Positions 9,380 to 19,586 of a DNA stretch of 64,000 nt are shown here, one piece after another. The first letter of the stretch is position 1. Each line of letters begins with the position of its first letter. Where the stretch lies: the NCBI GenBank assembly GCA_963698925.1, contig CAVOSR010000001.1, positions 384,096 to 448,095 on the forward strand. Reading direction: 5' to 3'. This DNA comes from an uncultured Actinomycetes bacterium (lineage in GTDB: Bacteria; Actinomycetota; Thermoleophilia; Gaiellales; Gaiellaceae). The notes beneath the pieces are model-generated. The model worked only from the letters and a program-made list of their open reading frames with translations. It had not been told where the DNA came from and made no database searches. A program made the translations under genes and the position numbers.

Positions 9380-10276
9380 GGCTCGAGCACCACCTTGCCG
9401 ACGTGCTTGCGCGACTCGATCAGCGCATGCGCCGCGTCCGCTTCGTCGAGCGGGAACGTCGACCCGACGGCGGGGTCGATCTCGCCGCGCGCCCAGAGCG
9501 CGAGCAGCTCGGTCGCTGCCTCGTGCACGAGCGCCGGCTGCAGCTTCATCAGCCGCCCGAGGTAGACGCCGACGACGGACGCGTTGCGGCCCACGAGCCA
9601 CTGCACGCTCGGGTCGGTCCACAGGCCACCGGCGAAGCCGATCGCGACGATCGCGCCGAGCGGGTTGAGCAGCGGCAGCGAGCGCGTGAACACGTCGCCG
9701 CCGACGGGATCGATCACCACGTCGACGCGCAGCTCGTCGATCTCGTCGTACCCGACCGCCTCGTCGGCACCGGCCTCGCGCGCGAACGCGCGCTTCTCGT
9801 CGCTCGACGCCGTTGCGATCACCTTCGCGCCGCGCAGCTTCGCGAGCTGGATCGCAGCGCAGCCGACGCCGCCCGAGCCGGCGTGCACGAGCACCGTCGA
9901 CGCGGGCGTCACACGCACCTGCCGTTGCAGCGGGATGTACGCAGTCAGGTACGTCGTCAGGAACGACGCACCGGCCGCGAACGTCGCGTTGTCGGGCAGC
10001 GGGAAGATCCACTGCGGATCGACCTCGACGCGCTCGGCGTAGCCGCCCGCCGCGCGTGGAAGGGCGAGCACACGCTGACCGGCGAGCTCGCCGGCGACCT
10101 CCGAGCCGAGCACGTGCGGCAAGCTCGGGCATCTGCGGGTAGAGACCGCGGCGAATCAGGACGTCCGCGAAGTTGATGCCTGCCGCGCGGACGTCGACGA
10201 CCGTGCCGCTCGCCGGCTCGGCGACGTCCTCGACCGCGAGCGGGCCGCCGACCTCGTGCAGGACGACGGCCCTCAT
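9376..10276 (-). pseudogene. NADPH:quinone oxidoreductase / zinc-type alcohol dehydrogenase family, one frameshift
   Basis: The N-terminus MRAVVLHEVGGPLAVEDV..GINFADVLIRRGLYPQMPE is in the frame of ORF 8594..10327 (Met18 at 10276). The rest (HVLGSEVAGE..VHAGSGGVG..KHVGKVVLEP) is in ORF 9376..10122. Frameshift near 10125. Confidence 0.8.
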
Positions 10277-10277
10277 C

Positions 10278-10998
10278 TCACTTGCCGGTCCAGCGCGCCT
10301 CACGCTTCTCGAGGAACGCGGCGACACCCTCCTGCCCGTCCTCGGACTGGAGGCAGGCGGCGAACGCCTCGACCTCGCGCTCGTCGGAGCGCACGTCGCG
10401 CGTGTCGTGGAAGAGCCGCTTGATCTGGCGGATCGCGTGCGGGCGACTGCTTGGCGAGCGGTGCCGACGTAGCGCTCGATGCCCGCGTCGAGGTCGTCGA
10501 CGACGAACTCGACGAGCCCCCACTGCTCGGCGGTCTCGGGCGTCGATGCGCTCGCCCGACATCGTCAGCCAGCGAGCCCGGCCGGGCGAGATCAGCCGCG
10601 GCGCACGCTGCGTGCCGCCGCCGCCGGGCAGTAGGCCGAGGTTGACCTCGGGGAAGCCGAGCTGCGCGTCGGCCTGCGCGATCCGGAAGTCGCAGGCGAG
10701 CGCGATCTCGAGGCCGCCGCCGAGGCAGTAGCCGTGGATCGCCGCGACGACCGGCACCGGCGCCTGCTCGATCAGGTCGGCGGCAGGCTGGATGCCCGCC
10801 GGGCGCGCCGCTGTCGCCGCCCTGGCCGACGAAGCCGCCGATGTCGGCTCCGGCCGAGAACGCGCGGTCGCCTCTGCCGCGCAGCACGACCACGCGGACG
10901 TCGCCGGCGAGCGACTCGAGCTCCGACCAGAGCGTCTCGATGATCCCGGCGTTGACGGCGTTGACCGGCGGGTTGTCGAGCCAGATCGTCTTGATCAC
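10278..10998 (-). pseudogene. Enoyl-CoA hydratase/isomerase family, three frameshifts
   Basis: The GTG at 10998 overlaps the upstream stop. The reading is [27 protein letters not shown], then [22 protein letters not shown], then [14 protein letters not shown] (out of frame), then [26 protein letters not shown]. Frame changes are near 10800, 10541 and 10442. Confidence 0.8.
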
Positions 10999-12608
10999 GA
11001 CGACGACACCGGCTCGGAGGCGAACATCTCGCGCAGCTCCGTCTTGCGGAACTTGCCGACGCTCGTCTTCGGGATCTCCTGCGATGAACTCGAACCGTTC
11101 GGGCAGCCACCACTTCGCGAAGTTCGGCGCGAGGAACTCGCGCAGCTCGTCGGCGGTCGCCGTCTGCCCCTCGCGCAGCACGACGGCTGCGAGCGGCCGT
11201 TCGTCCCACTTCTCGTCGGGCACCGCGATCACGGCCGCCTCGGCGATCGCCGGATGCGCCATCAGCGCGTTCTCGAGCTCGACCGACGAGATCCATTCGC
11301 CGCCCGACTTGATCACGTCCTTCGAGCGGTCCTTGATCTGGATGAAGCCGCGCGGGTGCATCGAGACGATGTCGCCGGTCTTGAACCAGCCGTCGTCGGT
11401 CCAGCGGTCGGCCTGCTCGGGCGTGTCGTAGTAGCCGCTCGCGACCCACGGGCCGCGGATCTCGAGCTCGCCCATCGACTCGCCGTCCCACGGCAGGATC
11501 TGCCCGTCGTCGTCACGGTGACGCAGCTCGACGAGCGGCAGCGGCATTCCCTGCATCGCGATGTAGTCGAACTGCGTGTCCTCGTCGACGGACGCGAGGT
11601 CACCGGGCAACTGCGCCGTCGATGCGACCGGCGAGGTCTCGGTCATCCCCCACCCGTGCACGACGTTCATGCCGTGTCGCTGCTTGAAACCGGCGATCAT
11701 CGCGCGCGGCGCCGCGGAGCCGCCGACGAGCATCCCCTTCATGCGCGACAGGTCGTACTTGCTCGGGATCCGCGTCGAGCATCGCGAGGATGCCGAGCCA
11801 GATCGTCGGCACTCCGGCCGTCCACGTCACCCCCTCCTCGACGAAGTCCTCGAGCAGGCTCTCCGGGTCGAGGTACGGCCCCGGGTAGACGAGCTTCGCG
11901 CCGATCATCGTCGACGAGGTACGGATAGCCCCACGCGTTCGCGTGGAACATCGGCACGACCGGCAGGATCACGTCCTGCTCCGAGATACCGAGTCCCATC
12001 GGGTTGCCGGCGGCGACGCCGAGCGTGTGCAGGATCGTCGAGCGGTGCGAGTAGAGGACGCCCTTCGGCATCCCGGTCGTGCCGCTCGTGTAACACATCG
12101 CAGCCGCCTCGTTCTCGTCGAGCTCGGGGTCGACGCCACGCGTCGGGGTCGGACGCCCGTGACGAGCTCCTCGTACGAGTCCTCGACCACGAGCACGTGC
12201 TCGATCTGCGTCTTGTCGAGGAACTGCTCGAGCAGCGGCATCAGGCTGCGGTCGACGATCACCGCCTTGTCGCTCGGCGTGGGTCGCGATGTACGCGAGG
12301 TCGTTCGGGTGCAGGCGCAGGTTCAGCGTGTGCAGCACGAAGCCGCCGCACGGGATGCCGAGGTAGGCCTCGTGATGCTGGTAGTGGTTCCAGCAGAGCG
12401 TCGCGACGCGGTCGCCGCGCTGCAGGCCCGAGGTTCTTCAGCGCCGACCGCGAGCGCGCGGGCGCGGCGGGCCGACTCGCGCGTAGGTGTAGCGGTGGAA
12501 GCTCTTGTCGGGCAGGCGCGTGACGATCTCCTTGTCCCCGAAGTACGCCTCGGAGCGCCGCAGGAGGATCGGCAGCGTCAGCTGCGTGTCCATCATCAGA
12601 CCGTTCAT
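10995..12608 (-). pseudogene. AMP-binding acyl-CoA synthetase (medium/long-chain fatty-acid-CoA ligase), about seven frameshifts
   Basis: The start ATG at 12608 overlaps the cupin stop as ATGA. Recognisable blocks are spread over three frames: MNGLMMDTQLTLPILL, LHTLNLRLHPNDLAYI, MCYTSGTTGMPKGV, HANAWGYPY, VHGWGMTETSP, WFKTGDI, IKDRSKDVIKSGGEWISS and IPKTSVGKFRK. Frame changes are near 12475, 12425, 12275, 12150, 11915, 11755 and 11065. Confidence 0.8.
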
Positions 12609-12991
12609 CGCGACAGCCCCTGGCGCTTCGCGAGATCCTCCGGGCTGACGAGCTGCCCGTCGCGCTCGACGTAGCCGTCTTTGCCGCCGACGATGAAGAC
12701 GACGAGATCCTCGTCGGTGCGGTTCGAGACGCGGCGGTGCGTCGTCGACTCGACGTGCACGAGGCCGCCTTCGCCGACGAGGTGCTCCTCGCCGTCGAAG
12801 TCGAAGGTCGCCGTGCCGCGGTGCACGAAGTAGAGCTCGTCCTGCTCGTCGTGGTAGTGGGCCGGGCCGTCGTAATTGGGCGGGAAGACGAGCGCGTTGA
12901 CGCCGAATGCGGTGACGCCGAGCGCCTTGCGGATCTTGCGAAAGCCGTAGCCCTCGCCGAGCTCATCGAGTGACGCGATCGTGTAGCCCAT
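12605..12991 (-). CDS. Cupin domain protein
   Basis: Met42 of ORF 12605..13114 gives a 128-aa product with the cupin motifs PAHYHDEQDELYFVHRG and GGLVHVES. Confidence 0.75.
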   Translation of the reverse strand: MGYTIASLDELGEGYGFRKIRKALGVTAFGVNALVFPPNYDGPAHYHDEQDELYFVHRGTATFDFDGEEHLVGEGGLVHVESTTHRRVSNRTDEDLVVFIVGGKDGYVERDGQLVSPEDLAKRQGLSR

Positions 12992-13001
12992 GCGGCTGAT
13001 C

Positions 13002-13307
13002 CTACGGCTCCGGCCAGCGCCGGACGAGCGCTGCGGTGACGAGCGCAGCCACCGCGAAGACGGCCGCGAGGAGGCTTTGGCCGACCGCGGCGAACGCGGC
13101 GGTCGCGCCGGCAAAGATCACGACCTCGATCGCGAAGCGCCAGGGATCCGGCAGCCGCCGGCTCGACTTCGGGCCGATGAACGCGCCCCAGACGACGGCG
13201 ACCGCGACGGCCAGCAGCACGCCGAGGAGCGGCCAGCCCCACCAGACGAAGGCGGCCAGCGCGGCCAGCTCGCAGGCGAACCGCAGGCCGAGGGCCGCGG
13301 CCTTCAC
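13002..13307 (-). CDS. Small membrane protein, DUF2568/YrdB-like
   Basis: The GTG at 13307 (VKAAALGLRFACELAALAAFVWWGW..) overlaps the upstream stop. The product has 3-4 predicted TM segments and is about 101 aa. Confidence 0.6.
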   Translation of the reverse strand: MKAAALGLRFACELAALAAFVWWGWPLLGVLLAVAVAVVWGAFIGPKSSRRLPDPWRFAIEVVIFAGATAAFAAVGQSLLAAVFAVAALVTAALVRRWPEP

Positions 13308-14119
13308 TGCCGAAGAGGAAGCGCGAGAGCACGCGGTCGCGCGCCCGGTCCGGGAGCCGCTGGACGCGGGCACGCCGCTTGGCGTCCGGCCCGACGAGGT
13401 AGCGCGTCTTCGGCTTGTCGGAGGTGAGGGCGTGCTCGACGGCGTCGGCGACCGTGTCGACGGGAGCGGCCCGTTTCGTCGAGCGCTCTGCCGCCAGGCG
13501 CCGGAACTCGCCCATCCGCTCGCCGTACAGCTCGACGGCCTGCGGGGGGAGCTCGTCGGCCGAACGCTGCGGCTTCGACCAGATCGGCGTCGCGATCGTG
13601 CCGGGCTCGACGATCGCGACGTGCATCCCCCACGGCGCCAGCTCGACCCGCAGCGAGTCCGCCATCGCCTCGAGCGCGAACTTCGACATGGCGTAGGCGC
13701 CGAGGAACGGCAGCGCCGAGCGCCCCGCGATCGACCCCATCAGCACGACCCGCCCGCGCGACTCGCGCAGCGGCGGCAGGAACGCCTGCAGCACGCGGAG
13801 CTGGCCGACGACGTTGACGTCGAGCTGGTGCGTGAGCTCCTCGGGCGGCAGGAACTCGAGCGGGGCCGCGATCGCGATGCCGGCGTTGTCGACGAGCGCG
13901 TCGAGGCGCTCGATCCCGTCCGCCGCACGCGCGATTCCTGCGGCGTCCGTCACATCGAAGACGAGCTCCGTCGTCCCCTCGGGCGCCTCGCCCGGAGTTG
14001 CGCACGGAGGCGTAGACCTGCCAGCCGCGTGCGGCGAGCCTGCGCGCCGTCGCCTCGCCGATCCCGGTCGACGCTCCCGTGACGAGGACGCTCGGCCGGT
14101 TCGCCGCACCCGCGACCAC
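13304..14119 (-). pseudogene. SDR family oxidoreductase, at least one frameshift
   Basis: The N-terminus VLVTGASTGIGEATARRLAARGW is in ORF 13304..14119. The remainder (LVDNAGIA.., YAMSKFALEAM.., IVEPG) is in the frame of ORF 12259..14109. One frameshift is near 13990 and probably another lies close to the 3' end. Confidence 0.75.
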
Positions 14120-14128
14120 GTTCAGCGG

Positions 14129-14983
14129 CTAACCGGCCAGGAGCGATCCGGCGATCTCCGCGCGATGCTCGCGGCCGTACCCGAGCGCGCCCTCGAGCCA
14201 GAGCGCGCGCTTGTAGTAGCGATGCAGCGGGTGCTCCCAGGTGAAGCCGATGCCGCCGTGCGCCTGGATCGACTTCTCGCACGCCAGCACCGCGGCCTCG
14301 GTCGCCTGCGACTTCGCCGCCGCGACCGCGAGGTCCGCCTGCTCGTCGCCCTCGGCGACCGCCCACGCCGCCCAGTAGGCGAGCGAGCGCGAGAGCTCGA
14401 CGGCGACGTAGCCGTCGACGAGCGAATGCGAGATCGCCTGGTAGGTGCCGATCTTCTTGCCGAACTGCTCGCGCTCCGAGACGTACGCGATCGCGAGCTC
14501 GTTCGCCTTGCTGCCGATCCCGACCGCCTCGAGCGCGAGCGCCGCGAGCAGGCGGCGCCGCACGTCGGCCCATTCGCCCTGCGCGCGGCTTGCACCGTTG
14601 CGCGAGAGCCGGCCGAGCCCGAGCGTCTCGTCGACCGTCGCAAGCGTCTCACCCTGCGCGGGCTCGCCCTGCATGTCAGGCGTCAGGACGCGCTGCACCT
14701 GCTCGAGGTGCGGCACGAAGCCGTCGACCTCGATCGACCAGACGTCGTCACCGGGCTGGCCGGCGACCTCGTTCAGGACGTACGGCCCGTCGTAGAGCAC
14801 GCGGCCGAGCTCCTCGAAGAGCACGGCTGCGTCGAGGAACGTGAAGTCCTCACCCTGCAGGATCCCGACCCAGCCGAGCTCGCGGAGCTGGTCCATCGTC
14901 GGCGACGGGTTCGCCTCGAGAAAGGCGCGTGCCTCGCGGCGGAGGTCTTCCTGCTCGGAGCTGAAGCTGAAGTCCACGGTCAC
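14129..14983 (-). CDS. Acyl-CoA dehydrogenase family protein, short subunit-like
   Basis: The GTG at 14983 overlaps the stop of the upstream ACAD as GTGA. The 284-aa product is in frame in ORF 14129..16195 (..ISHSLVDGYVAVE..QAHGGIGFTWEHPLHRYYKRA..). Confidence 0.8.
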   Translation of the reverse strand: MTVDFSFSSEQEDLRREARAFLEANPSPTMDQLRELGWVGILQGEDFTFLDAAVLFEELGRVLYDGPYVLNEVAGQPGDDVWSIEVDGFVPHLEQVQRVLTPDMQGEPAQGETLATVDETLGLGRLSRNGASRAQGEWADVRRRLLAALALEAVGIGSKANELAIAYVSEREQFGKKIGTYQAISHSLVDGYVAVELSRSLAYWAAWAVAEGDEQADLAVAAAKSQATEAAVLACEKSIQAHGGIGFTWEHPLHRYYKRALWLEGALGYGREHRAEIAGSLLAG

Positions 14984-16134
14984 CGACTCCTTGGCATGCC
15001 GAGCACGCGCTCGGCGACGATGTTGCGGAGGATCTCGCTCGTGCCGGCCTCGATCGTGTTGCCGCGCGAGCGGAGCTGCTGGTACTGCCAGTAGCCGTCG
15101 GCGTACCCGCCGCCGTTCGTCAGTTGCGCATGCGACCCGAGGATCTCGAGCGCGAGCTTCGTCAGCCGCTGGTTGTTCTCCGACCAGACGAGCTTCGACG
15201 CCGACCCCTCCGGGCCGGGGATGCCGGTCTTCTGCAGCGTCGTCAGCGACCGGTAGTTCGTGTACTTGAGCGCCTGCAGCTCGACCCACTCGCGCGCGAT
15301 GCGGTCGCGGAGGATCGGGTCGGTGACGTTGCGCTCCTTCGCGAGCGCGATCAGCTTGCGCACCGCGACGTCGAGCGTCGCGGAGAGCGCGAAGCCGAGC
15401 GTGCCGCGCTCGTGCAGCAGCGTCGTCATCGCGACCTGCCAGCCGTCGCCGATGCCGCCGAGGATGTTCTCCTTCGGCACCTGGACGTCGGTGAAGAAGA
15501 TCTCGTTGAACTCCGGGTGGCCGGTGATCTGCACGAGCGGCCGCACCTCGACACCGGGTGCGTGCATGTCGACGATCACGTAGGTCAGGTTCTTGTACTT
15601 CGGCGCGTCGGGGTCGCCCTGGCCGACGAGGATGCAGAAGTCGGCGATGTGCGCGAACGACGACCAGACCTTCTGGCCGTTGACGAGGAAGTGGTCGCCC
15701 TGATCCTCGATCCGGGTGCGCGCGGCGGCGAGGTCGCTGCCGGCGTCGGGCTCCGAGAAGCCCTGGCACCAGATCTCCTCGGCGCTCAGGATCTTCGAGA
15801 GGTAGCGCTGCTTCTGCTCCTCGGTGCCCCACGCGATGATCGTCGGGCCGGCCATGCCGAGCCCGATCACGCCGAGGTGCGACGGCGCCTCGGCCCGCGC
15901 GAGCTCCTCGAGGAAGATCGCCTGGTGGCTGTACGGCGCGCCGGCGCCGCCGTACTCCTTCGGCCAGGTGAGGCCGGCGTAGCCCGCTTCGCCGAGCTGC
16001 TCGCTCCACTCGCGGTCGGCGTCCTCGAAGCGGCGGGCGCCGCGCGCCTTCGAGCTGTCCGGCAGGTTCTGCGCGATGAAGTCGCGCACCTCCTGGCGGA
16101 AGGCAGCCTCGTCCGGAGTGTCGCGCAGGTCCAC
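14980..16134 (-). CDS. Acyl-CoA dehydrogenase
   Basis: Intact 384-aa ORF with motifs GLTWPKEYGG, CQGFSEPDAGSDLA, FLVNGQKVWSS and IEAGTSEILRNIVAERVLG. Confidence 0.9.
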   Translation of the reverse strand: MDLRDTPDEAAFRQEVRDFIAQNLPDSSKARGARRFEDADREWSEQLGEAGYAGLTWPKEYGGAGAPYSHQAIFLEELARAEAPSHLGVIGLGMAGPTIIAWGTEEQKQRYLSKILSAEEIWCQGFSEPDAGSDLAAARTRIEDQGDHFLVNGQKVWSSFAHIADFCILVGQGDPDAPKYKNLTYVIVDMHAPGVEVRPLVQITGHPEFNEIFFTDVQVPKENILGGIGDGWQVAMTTLLHERGTLGFALSATLDVAVRKLIALAKERNVTDPILRDRIAREWVELQALKYTNYRSLTTLQKTGIPGPEGSASKLVWSENNQRLTKLALEILGSHAQLTNGGGYADGYWQYQQLRSRGNTIEAGTSEILRNIVAERVLGMPRSR

Positions 16135-16206
16135 GTGGCGATCCTAACGCCCGACGGACGCCGCGTCGTCGTCGGTCCGGGACTGTCCGGGACATGACGC
16201 TGCGAC

Positions 16207-16232
16207 GTGTCCGGGGACAGTCCCCGGAACAC
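16207..16232 (-). terminator. Palindromic hairpin GTGTCCGGGGAC-A-GTCCCCGGAACAC downstream of the thioesterase gene
   Basis: The perfect core CCGGGGAC-A-GTCCCCGG is at 16211..16227, about 12 nt after the stop at 16244 and before the next operon start at 16134. It has the same core type as the repeats at 28320..28440. Confidence 0.4.
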
Positions 16233-16243
16233 GTCTTGAAGGG

Positions 16244-16675
16244 TCAGCGAGCCTGGGCGGCTTCGCCGCGGATCGTCATGCACGTCGAGGTCGCGTAGGC
16301 GACGAGTGAGCCGCCTTCGTCGCTGATCCGGCAGTCGCAGAGCGTGATCGTCCTCCCTGCCTTGATCACCTCGCCGACCGCCGTCAGCCTCCCCTCCCAG
16401 ACGGGCTTGAGGAAGTTGATCTTCAGCTCGACGGTCGCGAACGAGTCACCGTCGGCGAGGAGGGAGACGCACGCGCATCCCATGGCACCGTCGGCGAGGT
16501 CGCAGAGGATCCCGCCGTGCAGCGTCCCGGGCGGGCTCGTGTGCTGCGGCCCCGCGTCGAGCTCGAAGGTGACGCGCCCCTCCTCCGCCGCGACCATCCG
16601 CATGCCGATCAGGTCACCGACTGCCGCACCGGGAATCTCGCCGGCCACGATCTGCCGCAGCAGCTCCAGCGTCAC
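16244..16675 (-). CDS. PaaI family (hotdog-fold) thioesterase
   Basis: The GTG at 16675 overlaps the upstream stop. The 143-aa product reads ..PGTLHGGILCDLADGAMGCA..VELKINFLKPV.., typical of PaaI/YdiI. Confidence 0.85.
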   Translation of the reverse strand: MTLELLRQIVAGEIPGAAVGDLIGMRMVAAEEGRVTFELDAGPQHTSPPGTLHGGILCDLADGAMGCACVSLLADGDSFATVELKINFLKPVWEGRLTAVGEVIKAGRTITLCDCRISDEGGSLVAYATSTCMTIRGEAAQAR

Positions 16676-17704
16676 GGCAGCAGCACCGTGCGGATCACGT
16701 CGCCGCCCTTCATCGCCTCGAGCGCGTCGCTCCACCCCTCGAGCGGGCCGGTGCGCGTGACCATCCCGGCGAGGTCGAGCTTGCCCTCGAGCGCCCACTG
16801 CGCGAGCCGCGGGAAGTCCTCCTGCGGCAGGTGGTCGCCGCCGTGGGAGACGAGGATCGTCGTCGTCTTGGCGAACAGCCGCGGCAGGTCGAGCTCGACC
16901 GTCTCGCCGCCCGGCGACAGGCCGATCAGGACGAACGTGCCGCCGCGAGCTGAGCAGCGCCGAGGCCCTGCTCGACCGTCGAGCGGCGGCCGACGACGTC
17001 GAAGACGAAGTCGACCGGGCCCAGGCTCGGTGTGGGTCGCGCCGAACCGCATCGCCTGCTCGAGCTTGCGCTCGTCGAGATCGATCGCTCGGATCTCGGA
17101 CGCGCCGGCGATGCGTGCGCCCTGGATCACGGACAGCCCGACCGCGCCGCAGCCGATCACCGCGACGCGCGCGCCCTCCCAGACCTTCGCCGTCTCGAGC
17201 ACCGACATGACGCCGGTCGCGACGGCGCAGCCGATCAGGCACGCCTGCTCCACGGGCAGCTCGCGCGGCACCTTCACCGCGGCGACCTGCGGGACGACCG
17301 TGTGCGTGGCGAACGTCCCGGTGCGCAGCACCGGTGTCAGCACGCTGCCGTCGCGCGCGAAGCAGGCGGCCGACGGCCGCCGGTGGCCGCTTGCACTGCC
17401 GCGGCGCGCCGCGCCGACAGCTGGCGCACGCGCCGCAGGCGGTCTTCCAGCCGAGCACGACGCGGTCGCCGGCAGCGAGTCCGTCGACGCCTTCGCCGAC
17501 GGCCTCGATCGTGCCCGCGCCCTCGTGCCCGAGCAGCACGGGTACGGATGCCCCCAGCCGTCCTCCTCGATCACGTGCAGGTCGCTGTGGCAGACGCCGG
17601 TCGCCTCGATGCGGACGAGCACCTCGCCCGGCCCGGGCGCCGACGACCTGGATCTCCTCGAGCGCGATCGCGCCGCGCGCGGCGAGGACTACGCCCGTGG
17701 TCAG
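16672..17704 (-). pseudogene. Zinc-dependent alcohol dehydrogenase family, about five frameshifts and no clear start codon
   Basis: The pieces TTGVVLAARGAIALEEIQV, EVLVRIEATGVCHSDLH, VLLGHEGAGTIEAVGEGV, GACASCRRG, VAVIGCGAVGLSVIQGA and GGTFVLIGL alternate between two frames. Changes are near 17640, 17545, 17375, 17035 and 16945. Confidence 0.75.
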
Positions 17705-18840
17705 CCACGAGCGGTCGAGCTCGCGCGATCGAGTGCGCGCCCAGCGAGCGCGAGGTTGAGGTCGATCTCGGCCATCAGGTTCTGGATCAGCTCCTCGACC
17801 CCGCGCTGCCCGCCGACGGCGAGCGCGTACGCGTACGGGCGGCCGAGCAGCACCGCGTCGGCGCCGAGCGCGATCGCCTTCAGGACGTCGCGCCGCGCAG
17901 CGGATGCCGCCGTCCATCAGCACGACCGCCTCCGGCAGCGCGTCGCGCACCTCGACGAGCGCGTCGAGCGCCGCGACCGCGCCGTCGACCTGCCGGCCGC
18001 CGTGGTTCGAGACGACCACGCCGTCGACGCCGTGCTGGAGCGCGAGCTGCGCGTCGTCGGCGGTGAGCACGCCCTTGACGAGGATCGGCAGCGTCGTCTG
18101 CTCCCGCAGCCAGTCGAGGTCGTCCCACGTCAGCCCGAGGTTCGGGAAGGTCGCGAGCATCGTCGCGGCGGCGGTCAGCGGGTCCTCGTCCGGCGTCTTG
18201 TCGAGCTCGCGAGAGGAAGACGGGTCGGTGAAGTACTGGCCGCAGCCCTCGCCCTGGATGAACGGCAGGTACGCCTGGCGCAGGTCGCGCGGGCGCCAGC
18301 CGAGCGTCAGCGTGTCGAGCGTGACGACGATCGCGCCGTAGCCGTCGTCCTCGGCGCGCCGGACGAAGCTCGCGCAGATCTCGCGGTCGTTCACCCAGTA
18401 GAGCTGGAACCAGCGCGGCGCGTTCGTCGCCGCGACCTCCTCGATCGAGTGCGTCGCGGCGCTCGAGAGCACCATCGGCACGCCGGACGACGCTGCCGCC
18501 TTCGCCACGCCGACCTCGGCTTCCTCGTGCGCGATCGAGAGCACGCCGATCGGCGCGAGCAGGAACGGCGCCGGCGACCGCAGGCCGAGCACCTCGACGG
18601 AGATGTCGCGCTGCGTCGTTGCCGGCGAGCATCCGCGGACGCAGCCGCCAGTCGCGGAACGCCTCGAGGTTCGCGCGCATCGTCTCCTCGGCGCCCGCGC
18701 CGCCCGCGATGTAACCGAACGCGCCCGGCGTCGAGCTTCTCCTCGGCCGCGCGCTCCCAGTCGGCGAACGCGACCGGCCATTCGGGCGGCTGCTGCGCGA
18801 TGTAGATCGCGTTCTGGATCAGCGAACCGGAGAAGCTCAT
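17701..18840 (-). pseudogene. FMN-dependent alpha-hydroxy acid dehydrogenase / lactate 2-monooxygenase family, at least four frameshifts
   Basis: The ATG at 18840 gives MSFSGSLIQNAIYIAQ.. Later blocks are MRANLEAFRDWRLRPRML, APIGVLSIAHEEAE, WFQLYW, ILVKGV, VVVSNHGGRQVDG and LMDGGIR, in different frames. The exact 3' end is unclear. Confidence 0.75.
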
Positions 18841-18864
18841 CTGCCGCGATCCTAGACTGACGGC

Positions 18865-19470
18865 GTGAACGAGACCGCACGCCTCGAGACCTTCAGCGAC
18901 GGCGTCTTCGCGATCGCGGCGACGCTGCTGATCCTCGAGATCACGCTGAGCGGCGACGGCTCGGTCGCCCATCAGCTGATCGCCGAGTGGCCGTCGTACG
19001 CCGCCTACGCGATCTCGTTCCTGACGCTCGGCATCGTCTGGGTCAACCACCACACCGTCTTCACGCAGATCGGCCGCGTCGACCGGACGTTCCTCTTCAT
19101 CAACGTCGTCTTCCTGATGATCATCGCGTTCAGCCCGTTCCCGACGCGGGTGCTCGCCGAGCACCTGCGCGAGGGCTCGAAGGCCGCGGCCTTCGCCTAC
19201 GGCTTGACGTACACGCTGATGGCGGTCTGCTACGGCGCGCTCTGGTTCTACGCGGCGACGAACCGGCGCCTGATCGCCGACGACGCCGACCAGCGGATCG
19301 TCTCCGGCATCTCGCGCTCGTTCGCGCCCGGCTCGCTCGTCTACGCGCTGGCGACGCTCAGCTCGCTGATCTCGGCCGACCTCGCGGTCTTCCTCTACGC
19401 CGCGATCGCGCTCTTCTACGTCTTCGAGAGCTCGCTCTTCGGGCGGGACTCGTCGCCCGGCCCGCTCTGA
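18865..19470 (+). CDS. TMEM175/DUF1211 family potassium-channel-like membrane protein
   Basis: Intact 201-aa ORF with the signature RLETFSDGVFAIAATLLILEI and a second repeat half. The TAGACT hexamer 6 nt upstream of the GTG suggests a leaderless mRNA. Confidence 0.8.
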   Translation: MNETARLETFSDGVFAIAATLLILEITLSGDGSVAHQLIAEWPSYAAYAISFLTLGIVWVNHHTVFTQIGRVDRTFLFINVVFLMIIAFSPFPTRVLAEHLREGSKAAAFAYGLTYTLMAVCYGALWFYAATNRRLIADDADQRIVSGISRSFAPGSLVYALATLSSLISADLAVFLYAAIALFYVFESSLFGRDSSPGPL

Positions 19471-19490
19471 GACTCCGTAGACCTACGGCA

Positions 19491-19522
19491 AAACCTGTTA
19501 TTTCCGAGTCAAACCTGTTATT
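19491..19522 (+). promoter_or_regulatory. Direct repeat AAACCTGTTATT x2 (20-nt spacing) in an AT-rich patch upstream of a small secreted-protein gene
   Basis: Copies are at 19491..19502 and 19511..19522. An inverted near-copy ATAACAGTG at about 19578 overlaps the RBS and start region. This is locally the most AT-rich stretch I saw. Confidence 0.3.
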
Positions 19523-19586
19523 CACTCTTCACATGCGCCGCTACCGGCGCGTGCACTGCGGAGAAGGAAGGGGAGAGATAACAGTG

